Below are positions 25,650 through 43,702 of a stretch of 64,000 nucleotides of DNA, piece after piece (the stretch's first letter is position 1; every line of letters begins with the position of its first letter). The stretch is from contig NW_005434651.1 in NCBI RefSeq assembly GCF_000315625.1, forward strand, positions 634,218 through 698,217, given 5' to 3'. Source of the stretch: Guillardia theta CCMP2712 (lineage: Eukaryota; Protista; Cryptophyta). The translations under genes and the position numbers were made by a program. The notes under the pieces are model-generated. The model was given only the letters and a program-made list of their open reading frames with translations. It was not told the origin of the DNA and did no database searches.

Positions 25650-28600
25650 ATGGCTAAATCTGGTCAGATCATCTCGGCAATACGCATGAATCGCAAGCCA
25701 GGCTTTGCTCTCCTGATCCTTCTATGTGCGTTGCTCCACGCTCAGTGCTTGTGGGATGATCGCGCATCGATTCAACATTCCACGTGTCGTCGAGCCCTTG
25801 CTGAGCATCTTGTGATACGAGGAGGCAAGAGCGGAGTTTCTGGTTTCAAAAAGTCCAAGTTGAGGTAGCATCGTCGTCGCTATGAGTGCGTGTACGTGTT
25901 TTAGTAATCCTACTCCAGTTTGCGCGAAGAAAAGCGACGAGAAAGAATCGCGAGAGGGAGGAGACTGGAGGTGCTTGTGTCTTTGATTGCAGCTTGCCAA
26001 AGTTCTGAGCTGGAATGTTGATCCCAGAAAGCCGAGGGGAGGAACCAGAGGCAGGCATCGAGGAAGGATCAGAGCTCGAAAAGGAGCAAGTGGAGCACAG
26101 AGCGGGCGCTGAAGCAGGTAGAGGGTTCTTTGACATACACGCACGGCAGGCTCACGTCCTGTCGAACCTTTCAGGCCAAACGGAGGGCAGAAAGAAAGCG
26201 CCAACGGATTGAGGTCAGTATCTTGTGAACCCAGCTGTCTCTCCTGCTGACTGATGATGTAGAGTGCCAAAACCGCAGCCTCGCCTTCTGAAACCGCAGC
26301 CTCGCCTTCAAAGTCCCCGACTGTTGCAAAGAAATCGTCACGGGAGGAGAAGGATGCCGGCGAGGACCTTGTGATATTAGATGAGCACGGACGGAAGATT
26401 TCTTCAAAACTGCCAAAGCTAATCTACGCGTCTGACGTGGTGCCGGGGGCCGAAATGAAAGACGAAGGATTTCATAGCAAGTTGAAGCCAGTTGTCGATG
26501 CCGACGGAAATATCTACTTTGAGGTTTATTTGCATGGAACTGCGTCGAGATTGAATGCAGATTGTTAGGATTATCGCTCTCCTGAAGAGCTGAAGAAGGG
26601 AAAGGAGGAGCTTGAGAGATGGCTCGAACTGAACGACGATAAGTTGGAGGGTGCGAGATTTCATCGTTTGAATTTACAATGTTGTGGTGACGATTTCCCT
26701 TCAGTGAAATCGAAGAAGTCCGGCAAGAAGAAAGTGGGAAAGGACGAACCAAGGGGTATTGCTAAGACGGTGTTTTCAGACTGGTAGCTCGCAAAATTCT
26801 TCTAATCACTTTGCAAGAAGACAAAAAGCCTTCCATTGAAGAAGGACAGTATAATTGAAGGCCTGAAATCAGAAATCTCCAATTTGGAAAGCAAAATTAA
26901 GAAGAAGAGGTCTCGCCATATTCTTGTTGTGAGCCAGAGTGACCAACAATGACCAGGCGAGATATAAGGCAAGTGATCAAGCAAGCAGCTATGGTCCTAA
27001 AAAGGACTTCTCCACGAAAGAGTGCGCAACCTTAGCTCTTGAAGACGTGGCTGACTTCCAGATGTACGTAGAAAGCAGCAAGCAGACTTTGAGTCGTTCA
27101 GCTTCTACTCAGCTTCAAACGCATGAAGTAGAGAAGTCAAATGTAACGACCGCAACACCATCGGCCGAAAAATCGTTTGGCGCTGTCGATTCCTTCCTCC
27201 AGAGGCTGCAGAGTTATACCCCTGACAAGCCTCTGGCTCAAATAGACATTGAGCAGCTCAAACGAGCAGAGGAAGAGAGAAGAAAAGTCGAGGAGGCTCG
27301 AGAGAAAGAGCCTTCCAGATTATATGCGGACAGTGAAGAAAGCAGTGCAGTCCCAACATTTGAGGAGCAGGTACGCCTTGGGAGGCAGTGCTTTCAACTG
27401 AAGAGTAGATTCGTAGATGGGTCCCTGCAACGAATATGGAGATTTTCTTCACATCAAACCTTTCAACAAGACCGTTTACCGACTTTTGCCGCCGATGGAA
27501 AGATTGTTCAAAGGACACACAGAGGTGAAGGCCGCTTGTCACAAACCAAACGGATGTGTTCCCTGATGGTTCTGTAGGAAATCACCTTCACTATTCGGGA
27601 TCCTGCCGAGCAAGGCCTCGATCCTCTGAGCTGTTTTGCCGACGAGATTCTTCCCTTATGCAGGCCTCGAATTTCACCCCAGGGAGACTCGGAGGAAGAT
27701 TGGTCTACCAATATGCAAACGTCGGCACAAACTCCTGCTGAACGAGACGAATCCAAACCATCGAGAGTGTCTCCGGCTCAGAACAGGGAAAAGCAAGAAA
27801 CGATTCTACCAGGTTTTTCATTCGAGAAGCCCAAGGTGCTGTTGACGACATCTCTTCTTTGACTTTCTGAGCTTGTTCTGCAGCCCGGCGACATTCTTAT
27901 CACAAAAGGAGGAGCCCAGTCCCTGGTAGACGCAGTGAACAACGCTGAAACTCAAAATACAAGCAAGAGGATCTTCTTGGGTGAAGGGTACCATGAATAC
28001 AGCGGCAGGCTGCATCTCAAATTCCCAGTCATGCTGTTCGCAAAGAAGGTCAGTGTTTGATTTCCTGCTGGGCTATGTGATGTAACAAGTCCCAGGGCGC
28101 AACGCTCATCGTCCCTATCCTGGTGGCACCAGAAGCTGACTGGACGCGAGGAGGGCAGATGCGCTCAGTCTCAATGCTGCTGGTGAAGAAGCCGCCTGCC
28201 TTTGGGCAGTTGGATCCTTTGTTCACCATCACCAGCCAAGTCACTTGTTGTCGCATTGCTTCATATGCCATGACGCTGCCTGTCAGGTTGGGAGGATCGA
28301 GTGGACGTTCCTCAACTGTGAGCTCATGGCCAAGAAGCGAGACGTGCTCAAGGTCAGAAGCAACGTCACGGTCAACGCGCACGTCTGCTTCCTCGGGGGC
28401 TACAAGCAGGTAATGCCGTGAAACCAGCGGTGCCAGAGTGTGAGAGGTGACGGCAGGAGGCGGCGGAAGGGTGCACTCGGTGTGTTGCGGTCGAGGGAGG
28501 AGGAGTAGAGGGTCAGCAAGCGAGGCTCTCCATGACCGGCTGCTCCCTTGCGTTTGGCAAGACAGGGATCGTCACTGGGGGGAACGCCAAGGTGTCGATG

Positions 28601-28963
28601 AAGCACTCTAGCGTACAGAACTTCAACCTTGGGTGCCAGATGCTGGACGCTGCTCAGGTTCAGTTGCCAGTCGTCAGTCATGCGATCTCAACTTAACGCC
28701 TTGAACAGATGGCAGTGACCAACTCTACCTTCAAAGCAATAAAGGACGCGGCATTCAGGTCGATCCCCTTACCGAACAACTCGACTTTGAGAGTGGAAAA
28801 TTCCTCATTCCAGTATGGAGCTCATGTCTTTGAAAGATCCAGTAGTTCTGACATTTCGATACCAGGGGCGTGCGGTGGTCAACCCCTGATAGGCCGGATA
28901 AATGTGAAGGGATATGATGATAAAAATGACAAGTCACAAGTCAATCGGGCTGGGACTCAGTGA
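25650..28963 (+). CDS. Signal-peptide protein with C-terminal beta-helix-like repeats; multi-exon
   Basis: N-terminal GFALLILLCALLHAQC then IRGG; late exons with AVTNSTF, LRVENSSF, WTFLNCEL-type repeats. Confidence 0.45.
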
Positions 28964-29393
28964 CTGACCCGGGCCTAGAGACTCTCTGTAGTACTACGAT
29001 AAGGCCTTTCAATGCAAGAGACCCCCGGCCGCTGCAATACTACAGTTGTCCCGAGCCTCCGAAGAGGTCTGTCACACGTGCTATCATAGACGGTATGCGG
29101 CCGGGCGATAACCCGGCGTGGACTAGCCGCTGAGCGCCCGCGATCACGGCAGGGCCGCAGTGGGCCCGGCGGGACTCCGATCCCGTTGACGTTTCGGAGG
29201 ATGAGTTGGTGGCAGCCTAGTACCGTGAGAAGTACATCGGTTGAACCGTGTTCTTTGGGTCCTATATCGGACAGGCTTCAAGTCACCGTCTGAAGGCTGG
29301 CTGCCGCCCGGCCGGCAGTGTAGTCCCTCCGTGTTGTCCCGGGCCCGCCCGGGATTTTTTTTCCTTCTTTGAAAGCTGGTCACCTTATCGGCC

Positions 29394-31476
29394 ATGCTCT
29401 TGCCTCGGAGGAAGGCGGAGGAGGGAGGGAGGGCAGGAGGAGGAGGAGGAGGAGGAGGAGGAGGAGGAGAGAAGAACGGCACCACCAAGAGCCCTTACAG
29501 GCTGTTGAGTACTGACGAAGACGGCTTCACCGATGATTCTGAGATCGATGTTGAGAGCGCAGCAAGCGGATCGCGAAACAGAGGAAGAGGTGGGAGGAAG
29601 GACGAGTACGTAGATGATCTCAACGACGAGGACGAGTGGGACGAGCAGAGTGAAGGGTCTCAGCGCTATCAGAGCCAGGACGGGCAGTCATATGACAGCT
29701 TGGAGGACAGCCAAGGAAGCCAGGACGAGATTGACGCTGAAAGGTACGAGGAGGATGAGCAATCGAGCGAGAGCCGAAGCAGAGGCGACGAGGAGTACGA
29801 CGACGAGAACGGGTACAGCCTGAGCGAGGATGGAGAGCTGGTGTCGGAGAGGAGCGAGTCGCAGGGGAGCGAAGGGAGAGAGATGCAGAGCGGAAGCTGG
29901 AGCGAGGCCTCGATGCGAGAGGACGAGGAGGTGGAGGATGTAAGTTGGAAATTCCTCGACTTGCACCTGTAAACTCTTGTGTTGATCTCTAGGATGACTA
30001 CGATGAGTTCATCGTCTTGAATCAGTACCTGGCTGTCCTCAGGAAGAAGGAGTTGCTACCCCAGGTGAAGGGCAGCTCTGCTTGTGAATGACTGTCCTGT
30101 CCTGTTCCTCCCCCCTCTCGCTGCGTCTTCCTAGTTTCTCCTCTCTATCGTTTGCACGCTCTTGCAGACTTGTTTTGCCTCCGCCCTTCCAGCTCCCTGC
30201 TCCCTGCTCCCTGCTCCCTGCTCTTTGCTCCCTGCTCCCTTCTCCCATCTCTCACGCAGTACTTCAGATCCTCACGCTGCACGAAGCCATAGAAGCCTTT
30301 CACAAGCATGCTGTCTTCCACGAGAATGCAAGCAAAGTTGAAAAAACGCTGAACGTGCAGGAGTTTCAGACTTTGATCCAGTCCGTGCTGGCGGAGAAGG
30401 TCACCCTCTCTACCTCGAACCCTCCTCTCCTGACTCTCCCTCCAAGGTCTGGGCCAGCACCTCCACGAAAATCTCTGAAGCAGACAGTCGTTCAGACATT
30501 GGGGACAAGGAAGAGGAGGAGGAGGAGGAGGAGGAGGAGGAGGAGGAGGAGGAGGAGGGGAGAGCTCAAAGAGTTACACAAACCCGCAACGCTTTCAAGA
30601 ACATCATCGAACATGTTGAGAACGGGCGACTGAGCACCCTCAAGGTGGAACGTAGCCTTTGTTTTTGGGATTCACTGATGTGAGTTGCAGGAGGCGGAGG
30701 AAGGAGATGTCAACTCTTCCAACGATGCTGCAAGCACTGAGAACGCGAGGGAGCGGAGGGCTGAGACCTTGAGGAGGGAGCAGGGGGACGGGAGCAGGCA
30801 GGTGGGAGGCAGGCAGGAGGAGGAGGAGAGGAGAGAAGATCGCAACGAGTTCATGAATGCATGGAAGGAAAGTTTTGACATCACCAGGAGCCAGCCAAGG
30901 AAGGTCAACATCGACAACTTCCAGCAGGAGAGGAGAAGCACGGGGGACAGCCAGGAAAACAGAAGGTCAGGATACTCTAGAGTCTCCAACCAGTCCCAGC
31001 AGTCCCTGCTGGACGGTGAGTCGCCCCTGAGCTCAAGAGAGTCGAAGGAGGCGCCGAGGACGACTGGCCGAGTTGGCCAGCTGCTGGGAAAGTTCGAGGG
31101 GGGCAGGAATGCCGTCCAGCCGAGCGCCATTGGGGAGGCATCGCCATTGGGGGGGAGGGGGAGGGAGATGCCGAGCGTGAGGGTGCAGGAGGAGAAGGGA
31201 GTGTACCTGCGGCAGGCAGAGGCGGAGCAGGAGAGGGGACTGCAGGAGAAGTGCGTCAAGCTGGAGCTGAGAAATCAAGAGCTGAAGGATCTGGTGTCGA
31301 GGATGATCGCTGAGCGGCAGAAGGAGATGGAGACGAAGAGGTCGGAAGACGTCGACGCTAAGATCGAAAGCCTTGAGCAGGAGGTTCTGCGATGGAAGGT
31401 GGCGGCGCAGGATGAGCTTGCGGTGAGGAAGAGGAGGAAGGAGGAGGAGGAGGAGGAGGAGGAGGAGGGAGGGGGG
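29394..31476 (+). CDS. Acidic, coiled-coil hypothetical protein; runs into an assembly gap
   Basis: Long open exons 29394-29940 (D/E/S-rich) and ~30690-31430 (coiled coil) with GC3-rich codons. Confidence 0.55.
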
Positions 31477-31880
31477 NNNNNNNNNNNNNNNNNNNNNNNN
31501 NNNNNNNNNNNNNNNNNNNNNNNNNNNNNNNNNNNNNNNNNNNNNNNNNNNNNNNNNNNNNNNNNNNNNNNNNNNNNNNNNNNNNNNNNNNNNNNNNNNN
31601 NNNNNNNNNNNNNNNNNNNNNNNNNNNNNNNNNNNNNNNNNNNNNNNNNNNNNNNNNNNNNNNNNNNNNNNNNNNNNNNNNNNNNNNNNNNNNNNNNNNN
31701 NNNNNNNNNNNNNNNNNNNNNNNNNNNNNNNNNNNNNNNNNNNNNNNNNNNNNNNNNNNNNNNNNNNNNNNNNNNNNNNNNNNNNNNNNNNNNNNNNNNN
31801 NNNNNNNNNNNNNNNNNNNNNNNNNNNNNNNNNNNNNNNNNNNNNNNNNNNNNNNNNNNNNNNNNNNNNNNNNNNNNNNN
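31477..31880. other. Assembly gap
   Basis: Run of N. Confidence 1.
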
Positions 31881-32520
31881 CAACCTGCCTGCCGCAGTGC
31901 GGTCATAAAGGCAGCTCTTCTACATCGGAGAAAATAATCTGTCTTCATTTGCCTCCTCTGCCTCTGCCTCTGCCTCTGCCTCTGCCTCTGCCTCTGCCTC
32001 TGCCTCTGCCTCTGCCTCTGCCTCTGCCTCTGTATACGAAGTTCGCTGCACTCCACTGAGCGGTGAGCAGCGGTGATATGGATGGAAAGAGGGTAGGAAC
32101 AGAAAGGAGGAGCAAAGGAAAGAGACTGGGAGTTGTGAGCTATATTTTTCAATATGCGCCAATAAATGCTTGGAAACACATCATGTAAAACAATACTCCT
32201 TCTGACATCCTTAAGTGTGAAGCACCATAGACACTACAGGAGACATCTTCAGGAGCCAGTGGGAGACTCCTCATAGCCCCCGCACAAACCGGAACCACTC
32301 GTACGTACCCTCCCTCCCTCCCTCCCTCCCTCCCCGCCGCTACCCACCCATCCTGTTCTCCTCTTCCCCTTTTCCTGCTTCTCCTCTTCCTCGCTTCTTT
32401 CTTCTCCCTCCTCTTGCGGTTATTCCTGCTGTTTCAAATCTTAACTTGCACGTCCACCTTACTCCTCCTCCTCCTGTGCTGCTGCTGCTGCTCCTCCTTC
32501 TCCTCCTCCTCCTCGTCCTC

Positions 32521-32554
<34 letters not shown>

Positions 32555-33748
32555 CTTCAGTGCTCTGCCTGCTCGCTCCCTTGCTTGTTGATTCGTTTTC
32601 TCCTCCCTTGTAAATTCGCTGCAGTTGAAGGAATCCCCCGGTCTCGAGCCATGTCATCCTCCAAGCAGCAGACCCCTCTTCTTCCTCCTCCTCCAACTTT
32701 CCGAACAGCTTTTTCAACCTCCACCTTCATGCAGTCCCCTCTTCCTTCTACTCGGGTGACTTGATCCTCTTCTGTTCAACCTCCTTTCTTCCTTCCTCCT
32801 CCTCCTCCTGCTTCTCACTTCACACCTAGCCCACAAGTCTGCTCGAGGAGCTCGGTCTAAAGCCCAACGAGATAGGACAGGACAGGAGGCGCCAGGATCA
32901 GACGCTAGCGCCTCCTCCCACCAACTTCTCTGCAGCTGCCGATGCTGTGAAAGGATGGTTCGGCCTTACAGCCCCTCGACCTTCGCCTGCTCCTCCTCCT
33001 CCTCCCCTTCATCCCCTCGAGGTCTCCTCCTCCTCCTCCTCCTTCACTCGAACTGATAGAACGCAAGTACTGGGAGAAGAGAGCAGAGGAGGAGGCAAAG
33101 AAGCAGCAGGCGCTGGCAACGAGTCCCTTCCACAAGGAGGCTGACCCTCGGGAGGAAAGTATCCGCCAGCAGGTAGGAGGCGAGAGGGAGCATGCAAGAG
33201 GGGTGTTGCTGACTAGCATCAAGGGGGAGAGCAGACGGTGGGTACTCACATCTCAACGCTGTGTCGAGCTGGTGAAGGTGAAAATGCTCCTGCCCCACTG
33301 CCCCTCTTTTCTCCTGCTCCTGCTCCTGCTCCTGCCCCTGCCCCTCGTCACCAAGCACTGGTACCCAGACCCTCGACCGTTCGGCGTTTTCAAAAGATCC
33401 CAAGGAACTTGAGAGGCATGGAAGAGATATCGCACAGGTCTGCCCTCCCCCCTCCCTTCCCCTCCTGCTCCTCGTCCTGCTATCCCTCCTACTGCTACTC
33501 CTGTTTGTTCCCCTCTTCCTTCCTTCGTCCTCCTCCTTCCTTCCTGTCTGCTCCTCCTGCTCCTGCTCCTGCTCCTCCTGCTCCTCCTGCTCCTCCTGCT
33601 CCTCCTGCTTTTTTGCTCACCTTCCCTTCCCTCACTTACTTCTTGGCTGTAGATTGATTGCACAGACGCCAACCAGATACAGCGGGTGAAGAAGAATGTC
33701 CGAGCTGTCATAGGAGGTGAGTATGCTTCTGCTGCTCCTGCCCCTGCC

Positions 33749-33785
<37 letters not shown>

Positions 33786-34150
33786 TTTCTACTTATCCTG
33801 CTCGTCTTGCTGCTCTTCTGTTCTTTTTCTTCCGTCCTCGTCCTCTCTTTGACCTCCTGACAGGAATTTCTGCTTCTTCAATGCTCCCTGAGTTCGTTAA
33901 GTCCGATGATGTGAGTTCGCCGCGTCTCCTCTCTTCCACCTCCCCATCCATGTCCCTCCTGCTCCTGCTCCTGCTCCTGCTCTTGCTCCTGCTCCTGCTC
34001 CTGCTCTTGCTCCTGCTCCTGCTCCTGCTCTTGCCCTTGCTATCTGTCCTCGTCTCCTTCCTCACTTCTTACAAAGCTCTGGCTTCGAACGATCGACAAG
34101 CTTGAGAGTGCGACAAAAGACCAGGAAGCAGCAGATGCAGTCAGGTCGGA

Positions 34151-34184
<34 letters not shown>

Positions 34185-34375
34185 ACTGCATCTTCTCCTT
34201 CTCTTGCCCCTGCTCAATCTTCCCCCATCCTCGTGCTCCTCTCCCTTCTGCTCCTCCTACTCTCTGTTCTTTACGCTCCTGCAGCTTTCTCCGCTCCTAT
34301 GTCAAAGCCGAGTACTGGAGACCCGCAGGAGTTTCTTCCTCCTCCACCAATCTCTCGCAAGAGCCCAGCTACGTT

Positions 34376-34842
34376 GACCTGTGAGGAGGGAAAGGCAGAG
34401 GAGGGCGATGAATGGTGATATGATGTGATGGGGGGCGGGGGCGGGGAGCGGCGAGGGGGAGGTGATGCGCTACATGCCGAGTGAGCTCTTTCAGCCCTCC
34501 AACCCCAACGCCTTCCCCCGCGGCCCCCACCCTTCTCACCTCCTCGTCGAGTGCCTCGAGACCCGCGAGAAGATGTGGTGCAAGGTGTCGGATCTGGAGC
34601 CCTTCGACAGCGACAAGGGGGAGAAGATGGAGAAGGAAGCAGTCAAGAGCGTTGAGAGCGACTTGAAGGAGAGCCTGAAGGCAGCGATCAAGCAGGCGAA
34701 GAAGGTGCTGGAGGAGTACGACGATGTGATTGAGTGTAGTATCCGCTGCCATCTGTGCACCGCATGGCGAACATTCAGAGGATCGCGAGCCGATGCAGAG
34801 GAGAATGACTGGGAGTGCAGCATGGGCTACATCGTTGACGGA
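34376..34842 (+). CDS. Exon encoding a PWWP/Tudor-like segment and a CW-type zinc finger (chromatin reader); gene limits unclear
   Basis: IRCHLCTAWR...WECSM matches the zf-CW pattern; preceded by LLVECLETREKMWCKVSDLEPF. Confidence 0.6.
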
Positions 34843-35021
34843 NNNNNNNNNNNNNNNNNNNNNNNNNNNNNNNNNNNNNNNNNNNNNNNNNNNNNNNNNN
34901 NNNNNNNNNNNNNNNNNNNNNNNNNNNNNNNNNNNNNNNNNNNNNNNNNNNNNNNNNNNNNNNNNNNNNNNNNNNNNNNNNNNNNNNNNNNNNNNNNNNN
35001 NNNNNNNNNNNNNNNNNNNNN
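34843..35021. other. Assembly gap
   Basis: Run of N. Confidence 1.
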
Positions 35022-35599
35022 CCACCCACCACTCGGCACCGCCATCATCGACACCTACCTGCACCACCTCGTGCTCTTCGGTGCTGCTTGTCCAGGAACG
35101 GTGCCCCGACGAGGTCAGCAGATACTACATCCCTGTACCAGCATCAGCATCTCCTCCTCGCCTCCTCCCTCTCTTCCTCCTCCTCTCCTCGTCCTCTCCG
35201 TGTCCCGCTCTCCCTTCTCCTCTCCTCTCCTCTCCTCTCCACGCTTCATCCGTTCTCTTGCTGTTGTTTCTCTCAAGGCTACCTTCCCGCCACCTCGCCG
35301 ACGTCCATGGGCCCTCCAGCGGCTACTCTACTTGCTCTGCATGGCACCGAGTCACAATGAAGGAGGAGAGGAGCTGGAAGATAGAAGAGAATGTCGACGT
35401 GGGAAATAACGAGGAGGAGGAGGAGAAAGGATGGAGTGATGGTGATGATAGAGACGACGTAGGGGAGAAAACGAGAAGTTGGAGCGAATGAGAACGAGCA
35501 AAAGGAAGAGGGGCGGAGGAGGGAGGTGGAGACAGAGGCTGGTGCAGGCAGGTGACGATGATGGTGGTGACGGTGGTGGTGGCGGTGGTAATGATGATG

Positions 35600-40376
<4,777 letters not shown>

Positions 40377-40803
40377 GCTGAGTCTCTAGATCTCCAACTA
40401 TTCTGTCTCTTCTCCCTTGAAATCTCTGCTCTCTGCTACGGCTTGCCACCCTGGGAAACCGGACAAATCAGGCTGGGGCAACAATTGGTTCAGGGCGAGA
40501 AGAGAGCGGTTGTAGGAGAGAGAGGGTATGATGAGGACAACGTAGATGATACTTGCAGCAAGCAGAGCTCACCTTGAACTTCAGCCTGCATGGCGTCGCC
40601 TCTCCCGCCCTCCCTGATGCGCCTGCCGTCCCGCCTTGCGTTCCATTGCTGCCCTGGGCAAACGGACCCCAGAAAGGCTAGAAATTTAAAAAAAACATTT
40701 GAAAAAAGAATTTTAAAAAAACTTGAGGTCAAATAATTTACTCAACGCTTCCTGGTACTTAAGGGCTAGGGAATCCCGCAATGTTAGCAGCTGTTCTTCC
40801 GCA

Positions 40804-42045
40804 ATGCGCACGTTGAAGGTGCTCCTGCTCCTTGCAGCTGCTCCCGAGGTGAGCGGGAAGGAGGACGGAGTGGTTCTAGGAGACATATGGGATGTTCCCT
40901 TCCTCTGTCTCCCCTCCCCCCTCCGCCGCATTCCCCTCCCTTCTCAACACTCGTTTGGTTGTTTTTTTTGGAATTTCCTGTCTACCCTGTGCTACGCTGT
41001 AGTTGACGGCATCCAGGTATCTGCATTCTCTTCTTCGCTCGCGGTCCCTCGTCGTGTGTTGACAAGCTCAATCTCCCCAAGCCTGCTACCGCTCAAATCG
41101 TATCGAGGAATACACAGTCGAAGTTTTGCTACAATGCAAGGTTGACCTTGTGGTGCAGTCGAGTATGCCTTGTTGTTGACACGCGGTTTAGCCTCCGCAT
41201 CAAAGCGCTCCTCCTCAACAAGTAATTCAGATGATGGTCATTACCAAAACCTTCTCTTCATTTATGGATCGCTCATGGCCAAGGACGTCATGTATGGTCT
41301 TGTAAACCGCGTCCCTGTTTGCCAGCCAGGCGGGCTACTACGCTAGCATGAGAGGCCGACTGACGCTAACTCGCATACAGCTATTCTCTCCGGGTATCAT
41401 CGTTACTGTTTGCCTTGCCGGCCTTATCCTGGCATCAAAGAACGTGAATCCGGCAGTGTCAAAGGTGAGTTGGAGAAGTATTCTTGCTTTCGATTGCGAT
41501 GCTGACTGTGAATATCAGGGTTGATCGTTGCCGATCTCTCAGAGGAGGAGTGCCAGATTCTCGACTACTTTGAGGGAGACGAGTATGAAAAGCGTCAGCT
41601 GCGGGTGGGAGGAGGTTCAAGTCACACCTGAAGTCTGCTGAGGAGTGTGGCGATCAGGTTCAAGTGTCGAGGGAAGCCATTGAAGTCAGCAGCCCAGGGC
41701 TTCTCCCGTGATGGATTGATTTGGCCCTTGCATGTGCTGACTGCATTGTTAGCATGGAAACATATATGCTGAGTGAGGATACGGTCTTGGTGAATGCGTA
41801 CGTGTACAAGGTGTGGGATACTTTCAAAGCTTGTGATGGGAATGGAGTTGAAGAGTTTGAGCTAGGGTGACGACGATGTCTATGGGACATGGCACATCGA
41901 AGATTTTCTGCGATCCAACATCCTGGATGACTACGTCTCTGATTCCAGGTATGAGCTCTCCTTCGCCCTTTCCCATAGCTGACCTGGCCCCTTCCTCGCC
42001 GCCGCAAGTATTGTGAGGGAGGATTTCCTAAGATCGAACTCTTAA
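40804..42045 (+). CDS. AIG2-like/gamma-glutamylcyclotransferase-fold protein with predicted bipartite plastid presequence; multi-exon
   Basis: LFIYGSLM, AILSGYHRY..RPYPGI, LSEEECQILDYFEGDEYEKR. Spliced N-terminus MRTLKVLLLLAAAPE|VSAFSSSLAVPRR. Confidence 0.85.
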
Positions 42046-42369
42046 GGGGAAAAGGAGTGAATCTGGATGTTCCTATCGTTCATAAAAAAGTCATATATCT
42101 TGGCACCGGGGAACTTCCGAAATCCACCAAAATTCTGTAAAAAACAAATCGTGAACTGACAGTGTCAGTGTTGCCATGCATGATGCTCTATTCTTACGCG
42201 GCGCCGGGCAGCGCCCACGTTGACTAGATGTCGTGGCAGTGGCACGGTGGGCTGCTCAGTACCCGGTGATCGGGCCCTGTCCGGTCTCTCAGTGGCAGTG
42301 GCCATGAGGCCCGCAAAAAGGAAGGTGGCACCTCCGGGAAAAAAGTGAAACTTTCATATCCAACTTAAA

Positions 42370-42442
42370 TGGACAACCCGGGTATCGATCCCGGTGCCTC
42401 TCGCATGCTAAGCGAGCGCTCTACCATCTGAGCTAGTCGCCC
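42370..42442 (-). tRNA. tRNA-Ala (AGC)
   Basis: Reverse complement GGGCGACTAGCTCAGATGGTAGAGCGCTCGCTTAGCATGCGAGAGGCACCGGGATCGATACCCGGGTTGTCCA folds as a cloverleaf with anticodon AGC and the G3:U70 Ala determinant. Confidence 0.97.
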
Positions 42443-42871
42443 GTATGTACGTGAGGGGGTCCTGACTGATTTTGTTGGAGGTCACGTGCTCACACCCGAT
42501 ATGACCGTGAAGAAAAAGGGAGGTGCAGGGGTCAAGGAGAGGACCTTTGCATTATTTGATAGGGGAAGACTTAGAAAATAAGAGGAGAGGGAGGGGGGTG
42601 GTCGATCGGAAAGCAACCGGGGGAACAAAGACCCATGTATTGCGTTGGTGAACTGGTGGGGTGGTGGGAGACACATGGGTAGTCCAGTTTCGTCAGTCAC
42701 AAAGTAGGGTCATATTGACCTTAAAATAAACGAAAAGTGTGGGTAAGGGGTAGACGAAAAAATTACAACTGGGAGGTGGGGTAGACAATTTCGTTCTAAT
42801 AAGTACGGTGGGTAGGCAGGGGGCTGGAAGTTATAAAGGTCGCGCTGGAGGAGAAATCCAACCCGAGGGCT

Positions 42872-43642
42872 ATGCTGGTACCCCTGCTGCGAACAGCGGC
42901 GGTGGTAGCGGCAGTAGCTGGACAGGTTTCAGCCTTCTCGTCGCCGAAGGCAACGCTGTTCTCTTCTCTCTCTCCTTCCCTCGCCTCGACCAGGAAGATC
43001 TGCTCCCGGAGCTTTGTGAGCAGCGGATTCCGCACCCTTGGAAGGATCGGAGGTCTTGGTCTGGCCCTCGCTGCTCCCGTTCGCATGGCATCAGCATCGA
43101 GCTTGACCATGTCTGGACGTGTTCTTGACGGCATCACTGCCAAGGACATCGACGGCAACATGGTAGATCTTGGGGCGACTTACGGATCTGTCCCGGCAGT
43201 CCTTGTCGTCAACTTGGCCTCGAAATGAGGCTTGACTGACTCCAACTATCGCGAGCTTGTAGAGCTGTCTGGCAAGTACAGCAACGACGAGCTTGTGGTG
43301 TTGGGGTTTCCCTGCAACCAATTCGGAGGACAAGAACCTGGAACAGATGCTGAGGTGAAGGCATTTGCTCAAGGCAAATACGGCGCGAAGTTCCCACTTT
43401 TCTCGAAGATCGACGTGAACGGTCCCAACGCTCATCCCTTGTACCAGAAGTTGAAGAAGTCTGCTCAGAACAAGACTCTTCTTTCGCTGATGGGGGATGA
43501 CATCAAGTGGAACTTTGGCAAGTTTCTGATCAGCAACGGTGTGGCGGTCAAGCGCTTCGAACCGACGAGCAACCCGCTCTCGATCGTAGGCGACATCGAC
43601 TCTGCCATCCAGAAGGCCCAGATCATAGGGCGCTCAAAGTGA
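42872..43642 (+). CDS. GPX: Selenocysteine glutathione peroxidase with predicted bipartite plastid presequence; intronless, Sec UGA at 43226-43228
   Basis: ORFs 42872-43228 and 43232-43642 share one frame across a single TGA at the active site (VVNLASK-U-GLTDSNY); LGFPCNQFGGQEPG, KIDVNG, IKWNFGKFL; N-terminal signal + VSA-F. Confidence 0.95.
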
Positions 43643-43702
43643 TGATCAGGGTTGTCAAGGCCTGAGAGAGGACAGTGATGCATCTGATGAAGGCGGATTC
43701 TC

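Noticed and set aside
26270-26309. 21-bp-period tandem repeat as a CRISPR-like or regulatory repeat
   Set aside because: Only two units, no spacer, and consistent with an in-frame 7-aa coding duplication
43226-43228. GPX nonsense mutation/pseudogene
   Set aside because: The TGA is exactly at the catalytic Sec/Cys position and a SECIS-like fold follows
43643-43700. Canonical AUGA SECIS candidates right after the GPX stop
   Set aside because: Neither ATGA gives a well-paired helix II with a matching GA; the UUGA fold at 43714-43757 pairs much better
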